Source: Podarcis erhardii
Lineage: Eukaryota
NCBI GenBank assembly: GCA_964252035.1
Contig: OZ176201.1
Direction: 5' to 3' (one strand)
DNA length: 64,000 nucleotides
This document shows, piece by piece, positions 27,101-40,200 of the stretch (position 1 is its first letter; the number at the start of each line of letters is the position of its first letter). The notes under the pieces were generated by a model. The model saw only the letters and a list, made by a program, of their open reading frames with translations. It did not search any database and was not told the origin of the DNA. The position numbers were made by a program, and so were the translations under genes.

Positions 27101-28544
27101 ACTCGGCGCCTCCTGTTGCCCCAGACTGAACATCATTTTTAAGGATGGAAAGGCATGCTTTTAAAGCATTACATGGCAAGGATTTCAACTTCTGTATCTC
27201 TCTCTCTCCATAATTCACCATTTACACCATGACAAATAATAATGCCTGTTAGCTACCAAGTTATTTTCAAGGTTTAGGGACTGGGATAGCTAAAGGATTG
27301 CCTTCTGTTACTCAGACCTGCTAGGATGTTAAGATCAGTGGAGGAAGCTTTGTTATTAGGTAGCTTTTTACAATATTTTTCTTGCTGACAACATGGATGG
27401 GCCTTCTCTGTAGTGGCACCCACTCATTGAAACACTTTCTCTTCTGCTAGACAGGAGGCACTCACAGGAGACTCTTAAAACACATTTCTTTTGCTGGGGC
27501 TTTCACCAACTAGTTCGTTGGCCCATTTTAGATATTATGTACATTCCTGACACTGGGCAATATCTAACTAATGTGTCTTGCTAGCAGAAGTGTTTACACT
27601 TGTATAACAGAACATCCTTCCTCTGCATGCCTTCTAAAGTTCCAGAGCGGATTTGAGGAGGACACAGGGGGAGGAGAGGGGGAAGCGCCATTGCACAAGT
27701 GTAAATCCTTGCACGGATGGGAAGCTTGAGTTGGATACTGCCTGTTTATTGTTTGCTGTTGATCTTCTTTAAGTCACTGTGTAGGGTTATATTTGCATCA
27801 GCCCTAGCAGTGGTAATCACTGACTAGGATTGACCTTATACTCAGAATTTGAAACCAGAGTTTGAAACGGATATGCAAACCCTGGTTATGAGTGAATCTG
27901 GTTATAAAGTTAAAGCAAACTATAGAATTAATGGGTGGGAGAAGGAAAGAAGAGGGGTACGGAGCATGCATGTCTGCATCATGTTTCTGATCTCAGTTGT
28001 GACTGCATTGTAACCTGATAGCTCTATGCCACCAGAATGCTGTTGGTCAATGGGAATTTTCATGCTGGCCAGATGTAAAAGTAGAGAGGGTTCCTGCCTC
28101 TTTATAGAGTTATGTAGAAGAGGGAATTTCAGCAAGTCATGCGAAGCCCTGTGTAGGAGTCTTTCATGGCCACCATAGTTGTGTTGCCAGTTTTTAATCT
28201 CTCCTTATCCTTTGAGGCTTGTGTGGTACTAGGGAAGTACTTATACTTTGCGTACATGTACGTGAATTGGTGCTCAACATATTTTAAAAACGCACACACA
28301 AGATCTTGTTAGAAGATAAATTCCAGATTCTGCACAGGCCTTCTTCAAAAGTGCCAAAAGTGATTGGTCATAACAGCAAGCCTCCTTTTCGAAAACAGCG
28401 ATAACATAACTTACATCTGAATCTATGACTCATTCCATAACTGCCTCAGAAGTTACAAGGCCAACTTTTGCCTCACCAAATGTAATTAAGAGGGCTGGGG
28501 AAAACACACAAATCTTGGCTTTCCCCACTTCCACCATAAGACTT

Positions 28545-28680
28545 GAGGTAGACCAGGAATGGGTAGCATCCTGCCCTCTGTATGTTGTTGGACTACAACT
28601 CCAATTGTCTCTTGACTATTAGCCATGCCAGCTGGGGCTGGTGGGAGTTGAAGTGCCCCAACACATAGAGGGCCACAAGA
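28545..28680. mobile_element. Old palindromic non-autonomous DNA transposon (GGACTACAACTCCC family)
   Basis: Arms 'ccctctgtatgttgttggactacaactcc' / 'gggagttgaagtgccccaacacatagaggg' are imperfect inverted repeats; related to 29993, 31872 and 33860. Confidence 0.6.
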
Positions 28681-29992
28681 CCCCCATTTCTGAGCTAGAC
28701 AACATTTTAATAAGTGGGAGAACAAATTTGCAGTATCCTGCCTAAAAAGCGATACCATGAAAGAATTGCACTCTCATAGAACCTTCCGCTAGCCTAGAAC
28801 ATGGGCAGAATAGAGGGAAAGGATCATAGAGAGAAGGAGCAGTGAAAGAGGACGTTTATTACAGAATATGTGGCAGACAAGGGTGACCTTAGACCCATTA
28901 ATTTCTCACCCATAATTAAAATGGGAATAACAGTGATCTACCTCATGGTATTAGTGTGAGAGTGAATGAAATAATAGTTGTATAGCACCTCACATGCTGA
29001 AAACGCTATAGAGATGACTGATGATGATAATAAAAAGAATTTGGGCCTCTGGTGAGCACCCTTGACCTAACTATCCATCCTTCCTGTCTCCAGATGATGT
29101 TTCACACCTGAACCATAGTACATTAGCCTGCCTTTTATGCCTCTCTTTTATTTCCATTGTTAACATATTTATAGCAGGCAGTATTCACTGTGATGGCTTT
29201 TTTTTTAAGCCTTAAGTGGTTTCACAATGGTGCTGTATATTATAGTGCTGGACCCCTCCCAAAAAATAACTTTGGGGAAAGGTAGTCGTTTATATGTTCC
29301 TAGGGTCTCTGATGCCCTATTCATAGGTGATAGTAAGGAACACAATATCCCTGGGATAATGTTCGGTTTTAGATTTCAAGGAAACTTGAAGTATATTTTG
29401 GCACTGGACTTCACATCAGCCCACTGCCAGGCAACAAGCCTCAGCTTTCCTCTTTGGAGCTGGAAAGGAGGGGTGGGGCTTGTTTTTGGCAATGGGCCTA
29501 TGAGGCTCTCGCAGCACAGCTCCACAACAGCAAGGCTCGCGGTGCCAAAGTAATAAATTCCAGCCGCCTCCTTCAGCTTGGAACTGGGAAGGAGGAGTCC
29601 TGGGATCTTCCCCATTCTTATGCAGGGCTGAGCACCTCCATAGCACGGCACAACAGTGGGGAGGACCCTCATCCCCTCCCCAGCTCCATGGTTTGGTAGA
29701 AGGTTGAGTCATGACACACTTGCCAAAGGACGAGGCAACATTGGTGGAATTGTGGACCTCTGGGCGTTATGCTTGGCATGTTATTTTTAGACCCATTCCT
29801 TAATTATACTCAACACTGGATTTGTCTTTATTATGCTTGCAGTATACTGAGTCCTTGTTTCCACTGAATTTTCTACAATCCACTAATCTTTTCCTGAGTA
29901 GTTCAAGACCTCATCAGTGTATATGTCGTTAGATCTCTCCACCTCCTCTCGTTTGCATCACTTTGCCTTTGCTAATGTTGACTCTTACGGGC

Positions 29993-30098
29993 CAGCCCTC
30001 CCCAACCTGGTGCCCTCCAGATGTTTTGGATTACAGCTCCATACAGCCAACTCATGCTAGCTGGGGCTGATTGCAGGGCACCAGGTTGGGAAAGTCTG
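29993..30098. mobile_element. Palindromic hAT-like MITE (same family)
   Basis: TIR CAGCCCTCCCCAACCTGGTGCCCT vs revcomp of the right end CAGACTTTCCCAACCTGGTGCCCT (21/24). Confidence 0.75.
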
Positions 30099-30397
30099 TT
30101 TTAAGCTGTTGTGTGGATTTGTCATCCAGCTTAGAGAGCTACTTTTCTACCCTTTTCCACTTTCTTTGGGATTTCACCATCCTGAATTAATTGAATGTTA
30201 TCTGCAACTTTCCTAGCTCATTGTACATCTCTTGACTCCATATAATTTATGAATAAAGTAAACAGAACCAGTTGCAAGAGGTAATCTTTGAGAACCTTAT
30301 GTTTCACTTCTAATAATGATAATAATTATCGACCCCTAGCTCTTCTCTCTCTTTTTTAATTCACGTACATGATGTTTGGTGGTCACTGCTCTGTGCC

Positions 30398-30543
30398 CGC
30401 TGGCGGAAGAAGAGGAGTGCAGGGGGAGCTCACTGCCCCTGGACCCCCCCGCCCATCCTGGGCGCCACGCTCCACCCAGGACGCGCACTACGCCCCCGCC
30501 TACTCTCTGCCCCCCGGTGCCGGAGCATGAAGCTCCGCCACTG
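30398..30543. mobile_element. GC-rich hAT-type MITE (146 bp)
   Basis: Perfect 8-bp TSD TCTGTGCC (30390-97, 30544-51); ends CGCTGGCGGA / revcomp CAGTGGCGGA (8/10). Confidence 0.85.
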
Positions 30544-30599
30544 TCTGTGCCTTCTTAAGACCTCCTGAGGCAGAATGAGTCAACAAGTTTGATAATATT

Positions 30600-30830
30600 T
30601 GTTTCATTTATGTATCATTTCCATTGAAGTGATTTCATGGAACAATAGAAACATATACAAAACAATTGCATATATAAAAGCAGATAAAACGGTTGCATAT
30701 ATAAGAACTATTAAAACAACACATATTAAAATGACTGCACATACAAAAACAATTTCCAATCAAATACAGATAGATACCAACTGGGACAAATAAGCTTTGT
30801 TGAAAGAGGGAACTTTCAGTGTGTTAGCAG
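30600..30830 (-). mobile_element. L2-like LINE 3' relic
   Basis: A/C-rich reverse-complemented 3'UTR ('aaaacaacacatattaaaat...acaaaaacaatttcc') followed by 'ctgggacaaataagctttg', typical of reversed squamate L2 tails. Confidence 0.45.
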
Positions 30831-31696
30831 CCATTACTCTCACCTATGGAACCCAGAGCAGGAAGTGCCTACCAGCAAATTGTTCTGGGGCCTTGGGAGC
30901 AGAGCCTTTATACTCAGTAGAAAAAGGGAAGGGTTTTGGCTGTTGTTACCAGGCAGGCACACTATACAGGTTAAAGCTTACTGAGATCCCAGGTTGAAAG
31001 CAGCAACCCAGAATAGTACCTCAGGAGACCCAGAACCATGTTTCATGTTAGCTCTGGAAGGCCTTTGGCCACCACACTTCATATTAATTAGCAGGAGCAA
31101 AAACCCAGTCACATAATGAGAAATGTAGTTGCCTGCTCTTCCAGTTTTGGGGGATATTTCTCATTTTTTTCTCTGAACTGACTCTAAAAAGTAACAAGAC
31201 TCCCTTCATTTCACCAGGGAGTTAGTCCCTGGCATAACTCTGGCAGCCTCCTTTCTTCTTTCACCTCACAATGAAAAACAAAAGTGGAGGTTACAGTGTA
31301 AGGACACAACTCACTGAAATCCTGAGAAAGCCCAGGCCACAGTTACCATCTAGTTTTAATCTATAGTCAAGATTCAGGTTGTTAATTATGCTGGTTAACA
31401 GGTTGGCACTTTTTGCCTGAATTTTAATTGAACAGGCCAAAGAAAGTACTTCATCACAAAACACATAGTTCAATTCAACATTTCATTATCGCAAACATTC
31501 TGTCTGCTCAAGCAGATCACTTTGCCAGATGGAACAGCCCCCCTCACCTCCTCCGACACACTGTTCTGGGGGTTCTTCAGAGCTGTTCAGAGCAACTTTT
31601 GGGGTGAGGAGAGTGGGGCAGAACCACCATTTCACAAGCAGAAGCTCTTGTTCAGAGCTTGCTTTAATGGAGTGTGTCACGTGAATGCGTCCTGTG

Positions 31697-31722
31697 TTGT
31701 TGTTGTTGTTGTTGTTGTTGTT
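31697..31722. repeat. (GTT)n microsatellite
   Basis: Direct read. Confidence 0.95.
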
Positions 31723-31741
31723 GTATATCATTGATACAAGA

Positions 31742-31815
31742 CATTGAAAGGGGATTAGATAAATGCATGGAGGATAAGTCAGTCAGTGGCTATCGGCCAT
31801 GATGACTAAATAGAA
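31742..31815 (+). mobile_element. CR1 LINE 3' fragment
   Basis: 'aaagggattagataaatgcatggaggataagtcagtcagtggctatcggccatgatg' matches the CR1 ORF2 C-terminus (KGLDKFMED..I.GY) motif. Confidence 0.65.
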
Positions 31816-31871
31816 CTAATTTTGCAGGATAATAACTATTTCAGGATAATGACTAAGTTCACCATTACATA

Positions 31872-32010
31872 GCCTTCTCTAACCTGGTTCCCTCCAGATG
31901 TTGGTGGATTGCCCTCCCCATCAGCTGCAGTCAACTTTGTCAATGGTCAGGGAGTGATGGGAATTATAGTCCAGATCACCCGGGGTGCAGTAAATTTGGA
32001 AAGGGTGGCA
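31872..32010. mobile_element. Old palindromic MITE (GGACTACAACTCCC family)
   Basis: 'agccttctctaacctggttccctccagatgtt...gatgggaattatagtccag' homologous to 29993-30098. Confidence 0.6.
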
Positions 32011-33859
32011 TCTAGGACATCATCGGTATACAAATTCAGTCCATCCTGTGAATCTCATGCAGTGGGCAATTGCTAGGAAAACTCCCACCACAGCCAAACA
32101 GTTAGTTATCACAGAGTTTTGTGGCATGATTTGCTTCTATGGTAAAATAAATGCCATAGATATCTAAGTCAATATATTTAAAAGGTTGCCCTCTTCATTT
32201 AGGACTTCACACTCGCACTGCACAGGTGTAAATGTGTTGCTCAAGTCAAAAGTAGTTAATCCAAGCATTTAAAAAACACACCCAAATAACCGCTGTTAGT
32301 AAGAAGAAACTTGCAGCCCAATCAGTTCTAGGAGCCACATACTGCCTGCTGTACATGTGTTCAGCATCAGGTGTAATGCACTGCCTTAATACACTGTTGA
32401 ACCAGTGGTGTAAAGCTGGTAATCCAAGACAGCTTTGGGACATAGGAGGAAAGTGGAAACCTGCCTGTTGTACTGGCAAGAGCCACCAGATGCAATGTAA
32501 TATTGATGTGCAAAGCTGTTTCATGGGTCAGAAATGGGCAAAGCAGGGGCAAGGACCCATATGTTCCAGCTTAAAGGTGTTCCAATAAGAGCTAACTGCA
32601 TTAATTCAGGCTGTGAATCTGCAGGACCTGGAAGACCTCCTATGAATTACATGTTGATCTGACATGTATTCAGACTGGTGTATGAATAACCAGGATCTGG
32701 CCCCTAGTTTCCCTCCTGTCTGAGCAACAGCAGAGAAGCTAACCCACACAGTAATGCTACAGAGAGTACGGCTCAGCACTTAACAGAATCCATTACTCTC
32801 AATGTACGGTCTTGGTAGTAGCTCTCCTCCCCCCCCCCCCCCCCCCGCCCTGGGCTAATGGGAACAGCTTTACACCTATTACATGGACATTGTGAAATTC
32901 TGCACACTTCAGGAGACTTTCTTGGAAATGAAAAAATACTTTCCTTTTTTGTAGCCTCCCATCAGCTTTGTGTCAACATTGGAAGCCTTCTGCTGTGTTT
33001 GCAATATAAACGACTACAGCGGGATTCTGGTAGTTTGGAGACAAGGGCTGTTTTTAGTTCTAACCATTTTATGACTAGCGGTTCAATTACTTACGTTCTC
33101 AGCTATCAAATGGACACTGTGATATTTATTTTAAGAGTGTGTCAAGAGGCTTGATTCGTGTACATTTGTAAATTAGGCACTGTGAATTATTGCTGTTAGA
33201 TGAGAGGCTGATGCCTTAATTAAGCTATTAATAGCCAGCCATAATACCCAAACTCTATCCTGTGGTGTAACATATGGAAAAGAAACACTGAGACAAATAA
33301 ACCGTTTTTGACATGTTTTGCCCTAATCTAGCGATTTCTTATGCATGTAGGACTCCAATATACACACAAAGATTCCTCGCTTGAAGCCGTGTTACACATT
33401 ATGTTCTTTTTTGTGTGTGGATTTTTTATCCGTTGATATAAATGGATTTATACACACCCAAACTACAGGATGGGCATTGGATTTCTGTGTTTCAAAACCT
33501 TCCCCCACATTTTACATCAGAGGACTGAGACAACATGAATGTGACTGATTTTCTAGTTTTACAGCAGTGAAATGTTTTTGTTCTAGATCGGGAACTGCAC
33601 TTCTATTGCAAAGTATGTGTAAGTCAGCCTTCACTACCAGAAGTTTTTATCTAGAACTCCCGTAGGGCTGATGAACAGTTATGGTCCAAAGCATATGGAG
33701 GGCAACAGATTGGTGAAGCCTAGTGTAAGATTCGGGGGGCATTGAAGGTATGAAACTTTTGATTGATGTGCAGGTTATACTTGTCATGTGGAAATTGCCC
33801 AAAACAGTGCATGTGTGGTGCCAGCTCTGCATGGTAGCTGTAATATATGAAGCGGGTGC

Positions 33860-33972
33860 AGCCAGCTGTGTCCCTCCAGATGTTGTTAGACTCTTTAACT
33901 CCCATCACTCCCAGCCGGAAGAGTCAGGGATGGTGGGGCTTTTAGTCCAGCAACATCTGGAAAGCTACTGCT
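33860..33972. mobile_element. Old palindromic MITE (GGACTACAACTCCC family)
   Basis: Arms 'tccagatgttgttagact' / 'agtccagcaacatctgga' are inverted; homologous to 29993. Confidence 0.6.
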
Positions 33973-35221
33973 TCCTAACTATGGTATAAAGCAATCTTGC
34001 AGTGTGAACTAGACTCATTGTGCCTCCATGTTGGATCAGATATTCTTGATGGAAGTCGATGTTGGTGTGGAAATGCGCCCATGTGATCAAGGTGGTCCAC
34101 TTGGCAATCCATCCATTCTACACATTGCAGCTGTTGCATTGGTAACTCACAATGTGAAACAACAACAACAACTAAGCTTGCTGTGGCATAAGCTTTCACA
34201 GTTCAGATGCAATTTTAAGAGGTCTTCATGATGCGACAGCGACATAAGAATTGGCTCCAGGAAACATGAGCTAAATGCAACTTGCGTCCGCCTTCCTTCA
34301 GATGTTGATGCATTCAGAGCAAACTTTAAGAATGAAGCTGTGCAGGATCTTTAATCAGGCAGGTCAGAGGGGCTATGGAAACAGCTTGTGGGAAGCATGT
34401 GATTAACAAAACGAGGAGCTATCAAAGAACTGAGAGGATGGTTCTGGAGAACAACCTATTAATGAGGTGGGTGTAACCTTAAGATAAAACATAAACAGAC
34501 TTTCTTTTAAAAATGGTATTGCTAGGCATTACACAAGTCCCAGTTCATTGTCATTTTAAGAAAAGTCAAAGGCTGTAATTTACCAGTGAGAGTGACTGAC
34601 AGCCTGACCCCTGCTAGGCACTGCACAAATGTAACTCATGGGATTTGTTATTGTCACCATCCCAGAACTGGCATAAACATGCAATTGCTGAGCTTTAGGC
34701 CATGCAAGAGGCATACTCAAGTCATGATGAGTTTGCCAGCAGCCCCTTCCCCAGGTCACAGGTACTGCTGGAACAGTTCTGTATCGTTCGCACAGGCACA
34801 GACTCTGGACTGACACTGTCTTTCCCCTGGTAATTCAGAAATCATTGCATGGCTCGGTCTCACTTGTTGTGCTCAGGATGCTAACTTTAGCTGCAGTGGC
34901 ATAAGTCAGTGTTTGCAACTAAAGTAGCCCCTCAGGACTGACTGCCAGAACTATAATGTTCAGTCCACATCTTCTCTTCTGTGATAATGTTTTTTATCTC
35001 TACCATAGAGCAACATGTAGAAAGTTAAGAGTTAACTGTAGTTACTCTGTACCTCAGGTTTTTAAGTGCTTGTAGCCATTATCAGCATTAGACAGGTGAT
35101 TGCGAGACTGGGTGAAGATTTATTTCTCACCATTGGAAAGTGTCTCACCTCTAACTTCAGCAGAGCTTCATTTCAAATTCTCTTCTGTGAAGTGATAATT
35201 TTGAACAGAAGCCCTCAGGGA

Positions 35222-35248
35222 GACACACACACACACACACACACACAC
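35222..35248. repeat. (CA)n microsatellite
   Basis: Direct read. Confidence 0.95.
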
Positions 35249-37132
35249 AACCCCCCCACAAGAGTTGTGCATGCACAGCTCTCTGCAAGCCACCAATGCT
35301 TAAAACCTGAACTTTCAGTTATCTTGGTACAATATCATATGTGCAATGTTCAAAGCCTTCCCCAAACGCATGCAGTCTGCACTTGCATCAGTATCAGAGC
35401 TACTGTATTCCATAGGCTTTCACCGCTCTACTTGAACAAGCTCTTTGGCATTATTCTCACCAGTAAGTGCTTTTAGCTTTTGTTTAACAGATGCTTAACA
35501 CACCTTATCTCCACTTGTTTTGTCACAGAAGCCCTGTAACATTGCAGTTCGAATGCACAGAACAGGAATAGGGAACCTGTGGCTGTCCAGATGTTGTTTG
35601 ACTGCAGTAGCCATTGATCAGTAATATTTGGAGGGCCATAGGCTTCCTGTCCTTGGTGTAGTGCATGAGAGGCGTTCAATGATTGCATGGACTGAGCACA
35701 CACATGTTGGGCTCTATACTTGTATTCCCCTGTGTGTAATGCATGGATGGGAGGTCAGCCCAGGAAACGGCACTGTGCATAAACTCTACAAAGTTATAGG
35801 GTTAGAGAGACACCCACCCATCGCAGCTGAGGAAGTTACCTATATTCATTCCTGGGATTCTTCTGTTCACCATCATTTCTTCTTTAGAAATCAAACCTCC
35901 AGGATAGTGTCATTTAATTTCACTAAGCACAATCCCCTTTCATTGGGGAAAAAGTGGTGAATGAACATAGAATACAAATGAAACAGAAACCAGTCATTCC
36001 CAAATAACCCTAAATAACCCTACAGCAATATCTGTAGCTCTTTGCTTTTGTCCATGTGAATGTAGCCTTGGATAGGTACAGTGAATGATCTTTGCAGTTT
36101 AATGCCAGGCTAAAAATAAAACCTTCTTTCCGCTAAGGTTCAAAGCCCAGTGCTTTTTGAGCATCATCAGTTGGATGCATTTCAAACTATCACCTGTTGC
36201 AAGCTGACTGTTCTGTAAGCAAGTTATGTAAGTAGGATTAATAAAGCTTTAAAGCCTGGTCATGCTGTGTAGCTGGATCAGTTCAGACGTTCTTAGTGGC
36301 AGTGAAAAAGCAACACATTTATTGTCGCTTGATCAATTTGCAAAAGAGCACTAAGCTTTCTATTTAAAGTAGCTGCCTCATGATTTAACACAGACTTAGA
36401 TTGTACTGATACTAAGATGCCAAGAGAGTGTTTAGGGCTGAAATCAATCATGGTGGCATTTTTAAAACTTCAACAGACCTTTAGAATAGAATTGAGCCTG
36501 CAGATTTTAAAGGAGTCGTTTCCTCTTTAATCCAATATACAGTATTTCTGGAGAATCAGTCATGCAAAGGATTATTAGACGGCATTCCAAGTATGGAAGA
36601 CCCCACAAAGGACAGTTTTGTTATATGTGCAGGAAGCTGTATATTGAAAAATTGTGAATTCCTGGCAAAAAGAGAAAAGGCATAATTCACAAATGTATCA
36701 AAAAATAGTTTTGATTAAAACAAAGCCCTAAAATAAGGTCTGTTCAATATGGAACTAGCCATTGGGAGTGGAATTGATCTATATTCTGGTCTACTACCCT
36801 AGAAAATGTCTTCACAGAACTGCTGTAGGTGGAAAGACAAAAGTAATTATTATATCTGAGGTGGTGATAGAGAATTTGGTTACCACTGGTGACTTCACCT
36901 GTTGTCACACTTGCTAGATAAATATACATCCCAGGTTGAGGAGAAAGGCAAATTTCCTAGATACAATAAATTGTTGGCATCCATCTGTCTCAAGAGACAA
37001 TGCCTTATAAAAGCCATGGATTCAGGTATGGGGAAGGTTACCATTGCTTAGTATGCCTAGCTCAGGCCTGTTGGTTGAAACCATTATTCAAGCTAGAACT
37101 ATTAAAACATGAACTATTAAAACACTGAGGTC

Positions 37133-37388
37133 CTGCTCCGAGGGCTTTCTGGCGGTCCCCTCTCTGTGAGAAGTCAGGTTACAGGGAGCCAGGCCCTGTG
37201 GAACATCCTCCCATCAGATGTCAAGGAAATAAACAACTATCTGACTTTTAGAAGACACCTGAAGTTTAGGGGAGTTTTTAATGTTTGATCTTTTATCATG
37301 TTTTTAATATTCTGTTGGAAGCCGCCCAGAGTAGCTGGGGAAACACAGCCAGATGGGCGGGGTATAAATTTATTTATTTATTTATTTA
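37133..37388 (+). mobile_element. 5'-truncated L2 LINE 3' end
   Basis: 'ccctgtggaacatcctcccatcagatgtcaaggaaataaacaactatctgacttttagaagacacctgaag' (LWN.LP..VK......FRRHLK, L2 ORF2 end), 'gaagccgcccagagtagctggggaaacacagccagatgggcggggtataaat' and a (TTTA)n tail. Confidence 0.85.
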
Positions 37389-37449
37389 GGAGGACAAGGC
37401 TTGCTAATGGAAACCAGTATTATTCGTGTAAAGAGAAGGTTTCGCTTCA

Positions 37450-37860
37450 CCAACCTTTTTAAATATTAGTTTTTAAAAAATCAGTATAACATGATAAACA
37501 TAGCATATGACACAAACTTCAGTGCTTCAAATAACATCAGTTGTGATCCTACTCCCACCCAACTGCTTAGATGAGAAAGACACCACAGAAAACAAACACT
37601 AAACTTTTTTTAAAAAATGCTCAGGAATCTATCCAGATTTCCCTTTCTAATACATTATAACCTTTGACCAATGTTCCATAAATCCTGAAAAAACACATTC
37701 CCTGCCTTTCCCCCTAGCCTGCTGAATATAAGTCAGTTTTTCCATTTCAGTGTGACATGCCAGACATTAAATAACCACTCATTCAAATCTGGTGTTGTAT
37801 TTACTTTCCAGTGTGTAGCATAAACATTTTTAGCAGCTACTAGGGAATCCATCAAAACAT
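37450..37860 (-). mobile_element. Old L1 3' relic
   Basis: Minus-strand translation VLMDSLVAAKNVYATHWKVNTTPDLNEWLFNVW aligns with the L1 ORF2 C-terminal motif AARILLAKYWK..ELPTLEEW seen in the young L1 at 54972; followed by a T-rich 3'UTR. Confidence 0.6.
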
Positions 37861-39939
37861 TCTTCCTTTTACATTTACTTCCTTCATTAGTCTCCTCAGA
37901 ATGACTTTTGGTTCTTTTCTATGTCTTCCCCTCTCATCAAATCCCAGGAACTTGCCTCCACTGGGCAATCTCATAAAACATGTCAATCTGCCTCAGTCCT
38001 AATGGATTCCCAGTAGCAATATATAATTGCTTGGATTCAAAGGCATATTGTGTGAGCAGAAAGGCACTTCAACTTGCACACTGTACCTCACCCCCAACCT
38101 GAATATCCCAGTTTCCCCAGTCCCTCTGCAGTTCCAGAAGGTTCCTTGACCCCCAGGAGTGGTTTTTTGGAGGGTGCAAAACATTTTTTTATGTGGACTC
38201 TTCTGTTCCAGAAGATCTCAGTGAAACTGTTGAGGGACATTTCCTTCTCATCCCTCCTCCTCCCGTCTTCCATATTCTCTCTTGAAAGTGTAAGAGTGAC
38301 GTGAACTGAATGATCACGAACATCCCAGATTTCAAATTATTTCCTGAAGGACAAGGAGGATGTTGCTCTTCCTCTGCTTGTTTTTGTCAGCACCAGTGTA
38401 TATTGGCATTTGTGTCACAATGTGATATTTCCAGGGAGAGATGTGATCTTTGCAAATACCATGGCAAGCTTCAGCTCCTGAGTGTGCCGAGAGCTGTCAG
38501 AGCTGGCATCACAGCCCGCTTCTCAGGCCGAGCTCTTCCTGTGATGGTATATCATTATGTGTGACACTGTTGTTGTGTGCGTGGCAAGTGTCATGCGTAA
38601 TGGTGCCAAGCTGCTGGAAAACAGCAGGAGAATTGACAGCAAATGCCCATTCAATTCCCACCCAGAAACTACATGGGCAGACAAGGCCCCTCTCCTCTCT
38701 TCATCCTTATTTCTCAGTGTTCAAGGCCAATCTTCATGAGTGATGTGTGTGACACCTTCCCTTACGAAACATCCCCCACATCCCAGCACCTCTGGGAAAT
38801 AGAGAACATTAAAACTTGCATAGAGCACTGTTGATATGCGGTTGCCAATCTGGGCTGCTACCCACATGTGCAGATGTCTACAGTACTAGGTACCACACAC
38901 TTGGTATGTAGAAGTCTCCAAATATGCAATACTGCGTACAAATGAACTGCTACTGTATAGTGAGAAATAGACAATATATTTATTTATGAATCGCTTTCCC
39001 ATGAAACATATTGAAGTGATTTAATGACCAAAACGTCTACAACCAAAACATACGTAATCATCAAATAAAAGTCTCACACAAGCTGAAATTGCCTGCCCAC
39101 TGAGGAGCCTGTCTGCTGCATCTCTCAGTGATTCACGGCTTCAGCCTCGATGTCTCCCACTCAGCTTTTCCTGGGGGTGGGTAACTTTGCTGCATGTCTG
39201 CGTTGGGTGTAGTTGGATCATTTAGTTGATCCTGATGCAGAGATGTGCCAGAATTAACAGCCCTTCAGAGGAAGCACAGCCAAATCCAGAGCTCTTGCAC
39301 ACTCTCAAATGAACCTTTTTTGGGGGATAAGATTGAAACATGCCTGCAACTTGTGCCCAAGTTTTGGGATCCCTAAGCAAGCCTGGCATGGATTTTTTTG
39401 CTGTTTAACGCCATTGCCAACAGGGAATTAGCTGCTAAACAGAACATGGTCCCTGCCCATGGCTTGATGTCATGGTCCCTGCCCATGGCTTGATGCTTCC
39501 TTCTTCCCAGTCCTCGGGGCCAATAGCACTTGGACCTTGTACATGAGGTTGCTGTGCATGGGACAACTAAAATGTATGACAACCTACACTGTTTTTGCCT
39601 TTCCATTGTCTCCTGTGTGTTTTGGCAACATTTGTGCCCTTTTCATTAACCATCTGGCAAGGATGCTGTCCAGAGAAAAATCACTTCTGGTTAAATCCCC
39701 TTGAAATCAATGAGATGCCAATTCTTAAATTCAACTTGGGACCAGTCTTTCATTTAAATGGGACTTAAGAACACCCCCAACCAAAAAATGCCCGCCGTGT
39801 ATTCCAGCCTTGATGTTCCACAAGAAAGGCAGATGCACCCCTCTTTTTTCTCTGTGACTCTGTTTCTCATACTTAACCATTGTGACTCAACAGCTGAGTT
39901 TGCTTTCTGTTATTGGTTTTGTTTATAGGAAACCCTTCA

Positions 39940-40200
39940 TCAAAAGACAACAGGGTGGTTTACAGTGCGCAGTAAAACAATAGAATCAAACAACAACATT
40001 GCAACCAATAAAACAATAAAATTCAAACAAGAATTTGCAGATCCATAGTAGCACAGCAGCAAATTAATAAATATAGGTAACCCAGCTCTAATGAGTGAGG
40101 ATGGCACAAAGGCCTGGGTGAATAAAAGATGGTGATGAATTATCAGCGCCGGAGATGCAGGACGCGGCACTACTGCAGAGAAGGCCTTCCCACAGTTCAC
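39940..40200 (-). mobile_element. L2 LINE 3' relic
   Basis: Reversed tail 'agggtggtttacag', A/C-rich UTR, 'aaggcctgggtgaataaaag' and 'gaaggccttccc', typical of reversed L2. Confidence 0.55.

Noticed and set aside
27105-27125. CTCF-like motif (revcomp GCAACAGGAGGCGCC); weaker ones near 22490 and 44725
   Set aside because: Only partial consensus matches, expected by chance in 64 kb; unsupported without ChIP or conservation.
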